Notes: generated by a model from the letters alone, not told the origin. A stretch of 62,923 nt of DNA, filler included, from Octopus bimaculoides (GCF_001194135.2; 4 parts of 4 records of this genome joined end to end with filler, not necessarily neighbours in it), one strand, 5' to 3'. Shown: positions 48,956 through 62,149, numbered from the whole stretch's first letter. Translations and numbers: made by a program.

Positions 48956-51827
48956 GTAGGTAAATTTGTCTTCACAGTTCGACAAATGAATGTAAAACTC
49001 TGAACTCTGAATCGACCTAAAACCCGAGTTCATTTCAATAATTATACTAATCTCCCGAGAGTTAACCAAGTGGTCATCATAATATAAATTATTAATGGAA
49101 AAGTAGGCAGTTTCTATGCTTTACCAGTATTGCATTGAATTCGTAGCCATGACACAAATCTCAATCCAGTCAGCCTAGATAAATTTAATATGAATAAATC
49201 GTTATTACTCAAATCAAGTGTACCGTAATATTGGCGTTTGCTTAATTAAATTTTAGTACCGAGTTCAACTTTCCTTGGTATAACTAGGAGAAGATTAGAC
49301 TCCGGAACATCTAGTTCGTTTGCCTGAGGTACACATAGACTCCCACACTCCATCTTTTCATTGCTGCCCTTTCCATTCAGTATGTTAAGGAACTTGTTTC
49401 TCCATAAGCTTCTCAAATATCAATGGCCCTTTCTTTTTCAAGTATCCCTTTACCTAACAGCAGACACCCACAAAAGGTGTTTTTCTAACTAAATTCTTGT
49501 AAATTTAATTATTTGATTTCATAACAGGAAAGAAACAGAAATATCAAATGTTAAAAACTTGTAGTTGTTTGTGTCTTAACCGGAAGTCATAAACCTTACT
49601 GAATAGCATCCGGTGACATCAGTAGAGGGAATTAAGAGATAAGGGATAATTCGGTTGGAACTTCTTATCTTCGTTTCCTTTTATTCAAAATAAACATCAG
49701 GAATTACGTTGTTTTTTTAATATTATTTATCTTCCAGTCATAGAGGATGTCTCTACCTACTAAAGTTTCTTTTATAATTTCATTAAACATTAACAACGCA
49801 CACAATACATTTATTACGTTGAAGCTGCTATCTGATTTGGGTTGGTATCAAATTAAAAGAAAATTCTGCTTCGAAATCGAGAAAGTTCTCTGAAGAATTA
49901 AGTTTCTTTGTCTTTTAAGTTTCTAGATTTTTATTCATCTTATTATTTTATACTTTTATATGTTTTAGCCCAAAGAATGTGGCTTTGCCTGAGCACTGCC
50001 AGTGTAATCACCTTTTCAATGGTCATTCTATTGTAATTTCATCTGGAATCGTGGAGAGCAGACACCAGAAGTTCTTCAATAAAACTTTTAAGTCTGATCA
50101 GGAAAGCAGAAGATTTGAAAATAGATGCCAAAATTTATAAATTCGAAAACGTTTTTAGATATTTCAATTCACGTGAAGTGTTGTTGAATTGCTGTATTAA
50201 TGTGAAATGATTTTGTGGAATATGCCAGAAGAGTTTCTAGTGGAATATGTTAGAAGAGTTTCGATCTGTACAATTGAGGGTTCTCAAGCAGATAGCTCAC
50301 AACGATTAGAAATTTAACGTTTTGAACAAACTTAAAACAAATTTGTCGAAGCCCTGAATAATGATTTGCAGTAAATTTGAACGCAGCAGGAAGCTCACGC
50401 TATCTCATTGTACTAACTTCCTCAGCATTATAACGACAGTATCTCTTTGAAGAAACATTTATATATTATCTACTGGTAAATAAAAAAAAGAGGATTTACA
50501 AAGTTTACATGAATGTTGACAACAAATTCAGCCGTCAGAAAGCCATACTATAACTAGCAGACAAGAAACCCATAGAGACAATATTACTTGTTTGTGTAAG
50601 ATTGCAGCCACTGAAAACATCAAAGCTAAAAATACGACTTTCACATCCGGGTGGAAATTCTCTTTATCAAAATGAAATCAAGCCACATACGTACAGCTGC
50701 TCTTTTCGGAGGTTGGATGTCGGTATTGCCGTTACATATAATTTTTATTCAGTACGACTCAGAATCCAACGATAGGATAGAATTGCTATAACGGTGATTA
50801 TAAAATGCGTTACGCAGTGATATCTTCAAATACAAAGTTGTTACCTGTTGAAATCTACTTGATGCATATCCGATCCCTTAAGCAAGCCATTCATTGTGTT
50901 TTGTCATGGAGAAAATTTCTCACTGTATAGTAACAGTTGTAAATACAGCGAATCGGCTCGCAGTGCTACCTGACCAGCCTGTGGGGTGCATTGCATTTCG
51001 GAGTTGTTATCTCCTCTTTAGCCACAGAAACCAGACAAGGCGGGCTCTGCGAGCAGCCAACAGAGACTGTATCTCTCTTATGATATACCCGCCATCGTAC
51101 AATTTTCAACATCGTGTTAAAGCTTATGCAAACGTTTAGAATAGTTACGCAGTATTTTAAGTCGTCATCAACAAGTGAAAGGACTTGGAGGAAACAAGCT
51201 AAAAGCTTCTAGTCGTTGTAAGCACATTCTCAGTGTGGGAATTCTTAAGTGGATACGGCTAAAAGTATTAAATACTTAGATAATTGACGAAAGCCGTTTT
51301 GGAATTTAGGTATTCAGCAAATCTATTGTTCACACTCAATGCTAAGAGCTACGATAAGGATATCTGTGATTTCTAAAGATAAAAATCATACTGAGTAGCA
51401 TCTCTTTTTTCCACAAATATCGTTGTAAATTAGAAGTGCGTCATATGCGCATCTTAAACTCCAGTAAATAAATACAGTATATATATATATATATNNNNNN
51501 NNNNNNNNNNNNNNNNNNNNNNNNNNNNNNNNNNNNNNNNNNNNNNNNNNNNNNNNNNNNNNNNNNNNNNNNNNNNNNNNNNNNNNNNNNNNNNNNNNNN
51601 NNNNNNNNNNNNNNNNNNNNNNNNNNNNNNNNNNNNNNNNNNNNNNNNNNNNNNNNNNNNNNNNNNNNNNNNNNNNNNNNNNNNNNNNNNNNNNNNNNNN
51701 NNNNNNNNNNNNNNNNNNNNNNNNNNNNNNNNNNNNNNNNNNNNNNNNNNNNNNNNNNNNNNNNNNNNNNNNNNNNNNNNNNNNNNNNNNNNNNNNNNNN
51801 NNNNNNNNNNNNNNNNNNNNNNNNNNT

Positions 51828-52484
51828 ATTGCTCTCAGTTGTGGTCACCAAACAGTGTTAAGCGGACAGCAGAACTCGAGGCGATTCAGAGGCACTATAC
51901 AAAAAAGATCGCCACAGTCCAGCAGATGAACTACAGGGAGCAACTGCAGGCACTAGGTCTCTACTCGCTGGAGCGCAGGCGGGAGAGATATGTAATAATA
52001 TACATATGGAAAATACTGGAAGAACTGGTACCAAACTTTGGCATCAAGTACTACACGAATGCCCGCACAGGTCGCCACTGCATGGTACCAAGGGTATCGT
52101 CCACTGCATCTCGCATAAGAACAAGGTACTGCAACAGCCTCGGTTTCAGAGGACCTCAGCTCTTTAATGCCCTGCCAAAACATTTGAGAGACCTGCAAGA
52201 CATGGATATAGAAGTCTTCAAAACAAAACTCGACGCTTTCCTCTCCACGATACCAGACGAACCAATGGCTCGAAATGAGACACAGATTAGGGCAGCGATG
52301 TCAAATTCTCTTATACACCAGATGTGCCATCAAAATTCTTTATTTGATTATATCAGGTGGAGGAGAAGAGCCATGCAAGGAACGTGAAGAGAGCACAGCA
52401 TGAAGACGGAAAGTCACGGTGGTGCTCCAGCATGACCACAGCCACTTGGCTGAAACTCATAAATAAATAAATAAATAAATAAAT
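51828..52484 (+). mobile_element. CR1-clade LINE 3' end with (TAAA)n tail
   Basis: YCSQLWSP...LEAIQRHYTKKI...YREQLQALGLYSLERRRERYVIIYIWKIL...FNALPKHLR...FKTKLDAFLSTIPDEP; ORF open from the gap to the stop at 52387; 3'UTR and (TAAA)n. Confidence 0.93.
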
Positions 52485-52491
52485 ATGTGTG

Positions 52492-52569
<78 letters not shown>

Positions 52570-52839
52570 TAAAAAGTAATGTAAAAATACATTACGGAGG
52601 ATATATTATAAACAATTAACTATTTATGAATATATCAATGGCCAAAGATGTTATCATAAAATAGATAGAAGCAGATATATCATAAACAATTATTAGTTCT
52701 GAATATATCAATGGTCAAACATAGAAGAAGAATGTATATAATTATGAACAAGTCACAATTATAACTATATATATTATAATTATCTTCAGTTCCTTACAAA
52801 AATCTCTATTCGTCTAAAGATCAAAATTCAAAGTCAGAA

Positions 52840-52876
52840 GTTTTAACGTTTCGCGCGAAGTACTTCATCAGAAAAA
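52840..52876 (-). ncRNA. Degenerate minimal hammerhead ribozyme motif
   Basis: TTTTT-CTGATGA-A-GTACTTCGCGC-GAAACGTT-AAAA: same layout as 18088-18133; stem I is only U/A pairs and stem II has one mismatch. Confidence 0.5.
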
Positions 52877-53691
52877 AAAAACAAACATATAAGTAAAATA
52901 TCTGTGTGAGCGCTGAAGATAGATTAAGGAGAGAGTAGGAGAGAAACGGCCAATCGATTACGGGTCAGGTGAGAACGCGTGCTATGTACTGAGTCGAGAA
53001 GGGTGAATGTTGGGGGTGTGGATGTGTGTCCGTTTGTAGTGTATAGGTATATACATATATATATATACATACATATGTGCGCACACACACAAGTACACAC
53101 ACATACACAAACACACACACATATATATATGCATATGTGTATGTGTACACACAGGCACAGACAGGTGCACACATAGGCACGCACAGGCACACACTCATAC
53201 CTTAATGATTCGTGCGTTTATTATTCTATTTATACATCCTTCATCGTTTTTATAGACGTTTATCTATATGACTCAATCGTTATCACTTTGTCTTAATACA
53301 CTTTTCTCTTTCTTTTCCCTTTCTTTCTTTCTTACTTTTTTTCGTTCTTGGTCTCTCTACAAACATGCATGTGCAGAGCAGTTTCAAGGAAACGTAAACA
53401 CTCACATAAACACTACGAAAACATCCACAGAAAAACATACGCACTACCACACGCACACATCACATCAGTGTAGAAATATATGCAAACATGAAAAGGAGAG
53501 AAGCAAATAAACACAAATATATCATATACATACATACATACATACATACATACATACATACATGTGTGTGCATGTGCGCGTGTGTGTATGCTTGTGTGTG
53601 CGCGTGTAAGTAATGTATGTAGGCATATATATATTTGTATATATATATATGTATATATTTATATATATGTGTGTGTGTGTGTGTGTGTATG

Positions 53692-53730
<39 letters not shown>

Positions 53731-54005
53731 GTGTATATATATATTTATATATATATATATTTATAAATATATATATATGTGTATATATNNNNNNNNNNNN
53801 NNNNNNNNNNNNNNNNNNNNNNNNNNNNNNNNTTAATTAATTAANNNNNNNNNNNNNNNNNNNNNNNNNNNNNNNNNNNNNNNNNNNNTCTACTTCATTT
53901 TGGCTAATATATAAAGGATTGAGGTAACTCCTCCTGAAGGTATAGAGTCAAAATTAAAAGATGACAATGGCACTTTTCTTCTAATTTTGACTCTATATCT
54001 TCTGG

Positions 54006-54067
<62 letters not shown>

Positions 54068-54484
54068 TTTTTTGTCAACCATTGAGGTTTCATATAAAAG
54101 ATTGGGACGGTACAATAATAGTAAGGTCGCTAAATTATAGCGCTACTCAAATACAAGGTTCGATGTGATCCACTAACCTTTCTCCGTAAAATTGCTGACC
54201 TTCTGCCAAAGTTAGAAATAAGTAAATAGTAATAATAAAATCATCATCATCATCATCATGTTTTTTGTTTACTTCTTTCTTCAAATTTTCTTCCATTTCT
54301 CGCCGAGTGTTTTCCGTACACCTAGGGCAAAGAAGCTCATTGTATGCATTCCCAGTTTACACACGCAAATTCACAGGTAAAATATGTATGTAAAAAAATT
54401 AATAATTAAATAAATTAATGAATGGATGTTGTTTTCAAAGCGATAATGCTCTTCTCAGTACATGAGTCGTTCCAGTTAACACGA

Positions 54485-54542
<58 letters not shown>

Positions 54543-54582
54543 GATTATGATTATTATTATCATCATCACTATTATTATTCTA

Positions 54583-54645
<63 letters not shown>

Positions 54646-54943
54646 GCGGTATAGTACAAGCGGAAGTAGAAACCGCAGTAAAGAAAGCATATTTTATGTG
54701 AGTTGGAAAGGGATCGAGTGCTGACCGGAACCTGGTCACTAATACTCAAGTAGGTATCCGGAAAATACAACTTGAGAGCTTTCTTTCTGCGTATATACGT
54801 ACATGTAGCGTCTGTGGCAGCGGTGGCGGTGGCGGTAGTGATGATGATATATAAATAAACACGACTATCACTGACAAACGTTTAACGTAATAAAAATGAT
54901 GCATTTTAAGATAGACACAATAGCATAATATTCGTAGCCACTT

Positions 54944-55073
54944 CAACATGGCCGTTCCGTTCGAACAGACTTTACTGTGATTTTTTAACCCCCATCGTTA
55001 ACCAGCTAGAGGAGATGTCCTCTTGGGGTTAAAAAATCGCAGTAAAGTCCGTTCGAACGGAACAGCCATGTTG
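54944..55073. repeat. 130-bp near-perfect hairpin element (~49-bp arms)
   Basis: CAACATGGCCGTTCCGTTCGAACAGACTTTACTGTGATTTTTTAACCCC...GGGGTTAAAAAATCGCAGTAAAGTCCGTTCGAACGGAACAGCCATGTTG. Confidence 0.9.
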
Positions 55074-55659
55074 CGAACATTACTTGCTAGTACAACTACT
55101 GCGTTCATCTCTTAGAGAGATTTTAGAACTAGCTATTTTGTTTGTCACAATATCATATATTTTCTCGTTTTTGACAGATTAAGAAATCGATTCAAATATT
55201 TAACTCGTACAAGGCATCGATCTGTTAGGATCGTTAGCCCATCAAGCAAAAGGCTTCGCGGCATTTCTTCCGGCTTGTTACACACACACACACACACACA
55301 TATGGGGGTGGTCTTTGTGTCTGTTTGTCCCCCACCTCTGCTTGACAACCTGTGTTGGTGTGCTTACGTCCCTCTGTAACTTAGCAGAAAAGCAACCAAC
55401 GAGCTATCTACATCGAATAAAAGGATGAAAATAACAAGAAATATTAACAAACAGCTAATAAATAATCGTTACAATACAGAACAGCAAAACATAAACAGGA
55501 AACCTTAAAAAGGAGGGTTAACTGCATAGGGTACCTTATTGCTCACCTACACAAAACCATATCAAAGGCTAATACCTTCTCCCAGTTCTTACTGTTATCC
55601 TACAGCAAAATATTTAGGCCATAAATGTGTTCTATTTCTTTTTGTATAAGTCTGAGTTA

Positions 55660-55925
55660 GTGAAGTCGCGTGGCCTCGTGGTTAGGCTGTTGGACTCACG
55701 ATCGCTAGTTCGTGGGTTAGATTCTCTGACTGGGCAACGCGTTGTGTTCTTGAGCAAAGCACTTCATTTCACGTTGCTCCATTCTCCACTTTCGGTCAGG
55801 GTGGAATGTTGGCCTGCTCGCCTAGCCAGCGGAGTGGCATCATTTGAAGGCTAAAACAATGCAAAAACGCATTGTGACAAGCGATATGTAACAGAATCTG
55901 ATAACCCGGTCGGTCACGTGATAAG
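55660..55925 (+). mobile_element. SINE family C head variant
   Basis: GTGAAGTCGCGTGGCCTCGTGGTTAGG...GTTAGATTCTC...TTGTGTTCTTGAGCAAAGCACTTCATTTCACGTTGCTCC. Confidence 0.8.
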
Positions 55926-56109
55926 TCTAAGTTATTTGGCTACTGGAGACGAGGTCGAACAATTGTCGTGCTGAGGCCATTGAGCCAGAAATATATTGTC
56001 CTCGACTCTAGACAAGCCTGTCCTTTTCCTTAATGGTATACCAACTTTGAAGAATTCCTGATTCTTGAGATTATCTCCCCTTGTCATGTGGAACTGGTCT
56101 TAATTGCCA

Positions 56110-56500
56110 TTTAGTAGCTATGATACATCTTCTAGAGGTGGTAATAATTTTAATAAATTAGCAATTTATATCGTATGGTATTTAACATACCTGTTTTTGT
56201 CTCTGTTATATGTTTGTTTAGCTATGCCAATTTCTCTACTTTCACCCACGTTTCTTAAACTTTACTGGAGAGCAGGACCTCTTTCTCTACCCCCACTTTC
56301 TCCCTCAAGTGATACTTGAAGATGATGAGTGCTAGTCCTGGAAACAATAGCTCTGTCATCAACCCTTCCAACAGCATCCACCTGCATCCTCTTCCAACAG
56401 CATCCTCTTCCTTCAATATTGTCATCTGACAGAGGAAGACGAGGAACACTGCCCACTCTTTCTTGCTAAAGAAAAACGATATTATGGTCGTCACGATATC
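56110..56500 (-). mobile_element. Decayed Tx1-like ORF2 C-terminal fragment
   Basis: AVFLVFLCQMTILKE...IIFKYHLREKVGVEKEVLLSSKV*ETWVK aligns with FKFHLERKMKVEREVLPLSTIAKRWVN of the 33530-34690 element. Confidence 0.6.
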
Positions 56501-56559
56501 GTACCCATCTGCTGATAACTGCCACGTATGTGGTGTTCGATATAATCTTTTTACCTTTT

Positions 56560-56945
56560 ACTTCTTTCTGTTATTGTACTGTGGCCAAGCTGGGGCAGCG
56601 CCTTCAAAGGTTTAATCGAATGAATCGACTTACTTTTAAGTCTGGTACTTATTCTCTAGGTCACTTTTGCTGAGCCACTAAGTTACGGGGACAGAAACAA
56701 ACTAACACCTGTTGTCCAGTGGAGGGCAGGGAACATACACAAATACAAAACACACACACACACACATACACTTACATTCATACATACACGATGGGCTTCC
56801 ACACAGTTTGCATGTACCAAATTCACTCACAAGGCATTGGTCATCTCGGAGCTATTGTAACAGACGCTTGCCCAAGGTGCCACGCAGTGGGAGCGAACCC
56901 GAAATCATGTAGTTGCAAAATGAACTTCTTCACTACGCAGCTATG
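56560..56945 (-). mobile_element. SINE family A, near full-length, diverged
   Basis: Tail, central domain, CA microsatellite and head (CTTGCCCAAGGTGCCACGCAGTGGGAGCGAACCC) in the same order as 57690-58255. Confidence 0.8.
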
Positions 56946-57285
56946 GGTAAAGACCCCCTTTGGTCATGAATGACCGTGGGATAGCACCTAGAAAGTTCCT
57001 CTATGAGGCACAAGTCCGGGCAAGGTTGTTTATGGAAGACTAGTAGTCGCCCATGCATACCAGCCTCCCCACTCCATGTCACCGATATTATCCTAGGGAT
57101 AGGCAAAGACCGACACAGCTTGGCACTAGTGGCGCTACAACTCATTTCTACAACTGAGTGAACTGGAGCAACGTGAAATAAAGTGTCTTGCTCAAGAACA
57201 CAACACATAGCCCGGTCCAGGAATCGAACTCACGACCATATGATTGGGAGCCCGTCGCTCTAACCACTAAGACATGCGCCTTCAC
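56945..57285 (-). mobile_element. SINE with family C head but a different 3' half
   Basis: 57140-57285 matches 43735-43874; the rest (56945-57140) differs and ends ...TTCATGACCAAAGGGGGTCTTTACCC on the minus strand. Confidence 0.8.
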
Positions 57286-57689
57286 TGCCATACATGCACC
57301 TATAAACCCGAATTTGCAACACACAAACGCCATTGAATGAAAGCGTACCTGACGGTTTCGCCACTCCGTGCACATCTCGAACATCTTCGATTGCTGTTAA
57401 TTCCTGTACGGCCATGACTACAGATTTATTCCGATCGAAGTATATTCCCTCACTTCACTATAGTATTTCCAGGCCAATCATTTTGAAAATTGCCTATATT
57501 ATCCAACTTCAAAATCCTCTAGATATTCCTCGTTGACGTCCAGAGCTACCCCCAGACCCGTTGTTACTAATATTTTCTGCTAATCCATTATAGATCGTAG
57601 GGGTTTACTTTCCATTGACCACAAGAGTGATGGTATAGGGATGTCATTAATAATTATTATAATAGTTTAAACATTTAGTTCATAGTTGT

Positions 57690-57947
57690 TACTCTTTTAC
57701 TCTTTTACTCTTTTACTTGTTTCAGTCCTTTGACTGTGACCATGTTGGAGCACCGCCTTTAGTCGAGCAAATCGACGCCAGGACTTATTCTTTGGAAGCC
57801 TAGTACTTATTCTATTGGACTCTTTTGCCGAACCGCTAAGTTACGGGGACGTAAACACACCAGCATCGGTTGTCAAGCAATGTTGGTGGGGGGGGGGACA
57901 AACACAGACACACAAACATATACACACACACACACACACACACACGC

Positions 57948-57991
<44 letters not shown>

Positions 57992-58254
57992 AGATAGATA
58001 GATAGATAGATAGATANNNNNNNNNNNNNNNNNNNNNNNNNNNNNNNNNNNNNNNNNNNNNNNNNNNNNNNNNNNNNNNNNNNNNNNNNNNNNNNNNNNN
58101 NNNNNNNNNNNNNNNNNACCAAATCCACTCACAAGGCTTTGGTCGGCCCGAGGCTATAATAGAAGACACTTGCCCAAGGTGCCACGCAGTGGGAATGAAC
58201 CCGGAACAATGTGGTTGGTAAGCAAGCTATTTACCACACAGCCACTCCTGCGCC

Positions 58255-58255
<1 letters not shown>
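57690..58255 (-). mobile_element. SINE family A, full-length (tRNA head, CORE-like motif, internal microsatellite, CR1-like tail)
   Basis: Minus strand AGGCGCAGGAGTGGCTGTGTGGTAA...GGGTTCATTCCC...CCTTGGGCAAGTG...[gap/(TATC)(TC)(TA)(TG)]...GGCGGTGCTCCAACATGGTCACAGTC...CTGAAACAAGT(AAAAGAGT)n. Confidence 0.92.
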
Positions 58256-58331
<76 letters not shown>

Positions 58332-58931
58332 TTATCATTATTATTATTATTAGCATGGATACAAGAGCTCTAATTTTCAGAGACGGCACAGTCAATTTAA
58401 ATCGATGACCCGCATGTACAAGACTGTGTATAAGGTTATGTGACGATTATTATTTTGTTCATCTTCCTCTTTTAACCATACTCAGTCTACCAATGTCTTA
58501 TTGGTACAATTTTTACTTTCTGTTTTCAGATCTCATACTATTTATATTTTGATAGCTTTTCGACTTCCTTCCGGGAGACGTTTTGGCCGGAAGAGATAAA
58601 GCTATGCATTAGATTGTATGGGTTTTCTTTAAAAAATCGTTAATTATGATATCTGGGCGGTTCACTTTGATCTTCTTGTTAGTCTAAATAAGCATTTCAG
58701 AGATTATCGAAGCGGTGTCATTGTCCCGTACCGGATTTGGCGTGTGTTTATAACATTAATTTTCTGTTTGATGTAGCTTGACCGACTTATTGGTTGCTGC
58801 CAACCAACCTAGTCGTATCAGTTGGATATGTTTTCTATTTTTTTTTGGAATGACGGGACAGGGAGACATGGAATTGCTGGTTTTTTAACGCTTATTACAT
58901 ACGTTCAAAAATGTGTGTATGAAATGTTATC

Positions 58932-59247
58932 CTGGTCCAGTGGTTAGGGCAGCAGACTCGCGGTCATAGGATCGCGGTTTCGATTCACAGACCGGGCGTT
59001 GTGAGTATTTATCGAGCGAAAACACCTAAAAGCTCCACGAGGCTCCGGCAGGGGATTGCGGCGAACCCTGCTATACTCTTCCACCACAACTTTCTCTCAC
59101 TCTTACTTCCTGTTTCTGTTGTGCCTGTAATTCAAAGGGGCCAGCCTTGTCACTGTGTCACGCTGAATATCCCCAAGAACTACGTTAAGGGTACACGTGT
59201 CTGTGGAGTGCTCAGCCACTTGCACGTTAATTTCACGAGCAGGCTGT
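58932..59247 (+). mobile_element. SINE with tRNA-like head and family C 3' half
   Basis: TGGTCCAGTGGTTAGGGC (A box), GGTTTCGATTC (B box); 3' half GAACTACGTTAAGGGTACACGTGTCTGTGGAGTGCTCAGCCACTTGCACG matches the reverse complement of 43620-43700. Confidence 0.85.
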
Positions 59248-59493
59248 NNNNNNNNNNNNNNNNNNNNNNNNNNNNNNNNNNNNNNNNNNNNTTAATTAAT
59301 TAANNNNNNNNNNNNNNNNNNNNNNNNNNNNNNNNNNNNNNNNNNNNATATATATATATATAAAGATGTGTGTGAATATATATATGTGTATATATATTTA
59401 TATGTACATATTTATGTATACGAACATACATATATATACACACACACATATATGTGTATGTGTATATATGTGTATATGTATGTATATACATAC

Positions 59494-60849
59494 ATCATCG
59501 TCGGCGTCATCATCATCATCATCATCATCTTCAGCAGCAGCAGCAGCACCACCACCACCACCAACATCGTCGTCGTCATCATCATTAACCTCCACCATCG
59601 CAACTATCACCATCTACTGCAATCACTATCAAAACAACAACAACAACAACACAAACAAACAAACAAACAAACAACAGTAAAACAACAAAAACGGCAATCA
59701 TCTCCGCCATCGTCATCATCGCCAAACACAACCTGTTTCCCTGCACCGCCATCGCCATTACAAATACCACCCCCACCACCTCCACCACCACCACCACCAC
59801 CACCANNNNNNNNNNNNNNNNNNNNNNNNNNNNNNNNNNNNNNNNNNNNNNNNNNNNNNNNNNNNNNNNNNNNNNNNNNNNNNNNNNNNNNNNNNNNNNN
59901 NNNNNNNNNNNNNNNNNNNNNNNNNNNNNNNNNNNNNNNNNNNNNNNNNNNNNNNNNNNNNNNNNNNNNNNNNNNNNNNNNNNNNNNNNNNNNNNNNNNN
60001 NNNNNNNNNNNNNNNNNNNNNNNNNNNNNNNNNNNNNNNNNNNNNNNNNNNNNNNNNNNNNNNNNNNNNNNNNNNNNNNNNNNNNNNNNNNNNNNNNNNN
60101 NNNNNNNNNNNNNNNNNNNNNNNNNNNNNNNNNNNNNNNNNNNNNNNNNNNNNNNNNNNNNNNNNNNNNNNNNNNNNNNNNNNNNNNNNNNNNNNNNNNN
60201 NNNNNNNNNNNNNNNNNNNNNNNNNNNNNNNNNNNNNNNNNNNNNNNNNNNNNNNNNNNNNNNNNNNNNNNNNNNNNNNNNNNNNNNNNNNNNNNNNNNN
60301 NNNNNNNNNNNNNNNNNNNNNNNNNNNNNNNNNNNNNNNNNNNNNNNNNNNNNNNNNNNNNNNNNNNNNNNNNNNNNNNNNNNNNNNNNNNNNNNNNNNN
60401 NNNNNNNNNNNNNNNNNNNNNNNNNNNNNNNNNNNNNNNNNNNNNNNNNNNNNNNNNNNNNNNNNNNNNNNNNNNNNNNNNNNNNNNNNNNNNNNNNNNN
60501 NNNNNNNNNNNNNNNNNNNNNNNNNNNNNNNNNNNNNNNNNNNNNNNNNNNNNNNNNNNNNNNNNNNNNNNNNNNNNNNNNNNNNNNNNNNNNNNNNNNN
60601 NNNNNNNNNNNNNNNNNNNNNNNNNNNNNNNNNNNNNNNNNNNNNNNNNNNNNNNNNNNNNNNNNNNNNNNNNNNNNNNNNNNNNNNNNNNNNNNNNNNN
60701 NNNNNNNNNNNNNNNNNNNNNNNNNNNNNNNNNNNCACCACCACCGCCGCCACCCACACACGTACACGACGACCCCTACCACATATATCTACCTATACTG
60801 CTCACCTATACTATATACCTCTCCAGCACCAGCCCCACCATCGCAACAT

Positions 60850-60892
<43 letters not shown>

Positions 60893-60974
60893 CACTACTA
60901 TTACTACTACTACTACTACTACTACTATTACTACTACCACTGCCCCTCCACTCCTCCTCCTCCTCCTCCTCCTT

Positions 60975-61032
<58 letters not shown>

Positions 61033-61035
61033 CAC
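59494..61035. repeat. Compound trinucleotide microsatellite block (CAT/CAG/CAC/CAA/TAC/TCC) spanning a gap
   Basis: Direct reading; it generates spurious homopolymeric ORFs. Confidence 0.95.
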
Positions 61036-62149
61036 GTTGCTGAAAAACTGCATTCATCTGTTTGGAAGCAGAGATTACGCGCCAGTTGTAGATTATTACT
61101 ACGGAGAAGAGGCTTAGATATATGTACTATATCTAAGCGATACTGTTCTAATTTTTCCCTTCAGAATGTCCCGTGCCCCGTTGTCGGTGGTAGCATCCCT
61201 GTCAACTCCAGCTGAACTAGTTAGGTGGTCCTGTTTTTGAAATGTTTGCGCACCGGAAAGGTCACGTTCAGCTTCCCGTAGCCAATTCCTGTCTACCGGT
61301 CTTTTCTAGTTGACAGAATTGAGACCAAAGTTTGTGCGATTGTTACTCAATTCAGAGAGGGTAGTTAGTGTCATTCATTTCGACAATCGAAATTTTTCCA
61401 TGTGCCTACATTTTCTACAAAATTCTGATCTGAAATTAAGTAGTGTGGTTCAGTTATTGTATCTAAAAATGTCAGATCTTTCAGTTACGTATAGCTTACA
61501 TCCCTTTCATTGATTTATATATGGCGTAGATTTGCTCACGATTTTATGATTATACATCTCTTTGATCAATTTATATATGGCGAAGATTTGTTCACCATTT
61601 TATAAATGATTATATGTTATGTGCATTTAGTCTTTAGATTCCATATACGAGTAGCCAATTTAGTGGCTTAATTTTTATTAATTTGTCAGAAAGACCACTA
61701 GTGGTTTGCTTAATGGCTTTTAAAATTGCCTTCGCATAAACGGACGTAACTTTCCTTTTCGATTCTCGTTTACCTTCTCGTGTTTTCTTATGTTTTCTCA
61801 AAGACCACCGTTCTGGTTTTTACATAAGACTAACAGCATGCACTGAACCTGAAGGATTGCTTTGAGACACACGTCATGATATATAAAACCAGCCAAATTA
61901 TTGTGTTCCTTCGGCATGAAACGACTAGTAGCGTTTTTTAAAGCCTATTTTGTATATCATATGATATTTATCTTTAATTAGATGGATTATATACTTTGTT
62001 GATGCTATAAATGAATCAAATAAATTACGAAAGAGCAAACTTTGTGTGTGTGTGTGTGTGTATGTGTGTGCGCGTGTTTTTGTATGTGTCTTTTTATTTG
62101 AAAATGTTGCCAGAGGAAGAGTGCCGAAAAGCAATTTTTTGTTATAGGT

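Noticed and set aside
49950-50700. Possible decayed coding sequence
   Set aside because: No recognisable motif, frequent stops, no splice support.
53941-53997. 16-bp perfect inverted repeat (TATAGAGTCAAAATTA/TAATTTTGACTCTATA)
   Set aside because: AT-rich, isolated and next to a gap; nothing supports a function or an element boundary.
58932-59010. tRNA genes at SINE heads
   Set aside because: A/B-box-like motifs continue into SINE bodies and lack a complete cloverleaf and acceptor stem; they are tRNA-derived SINE heads, not tRNA genes.
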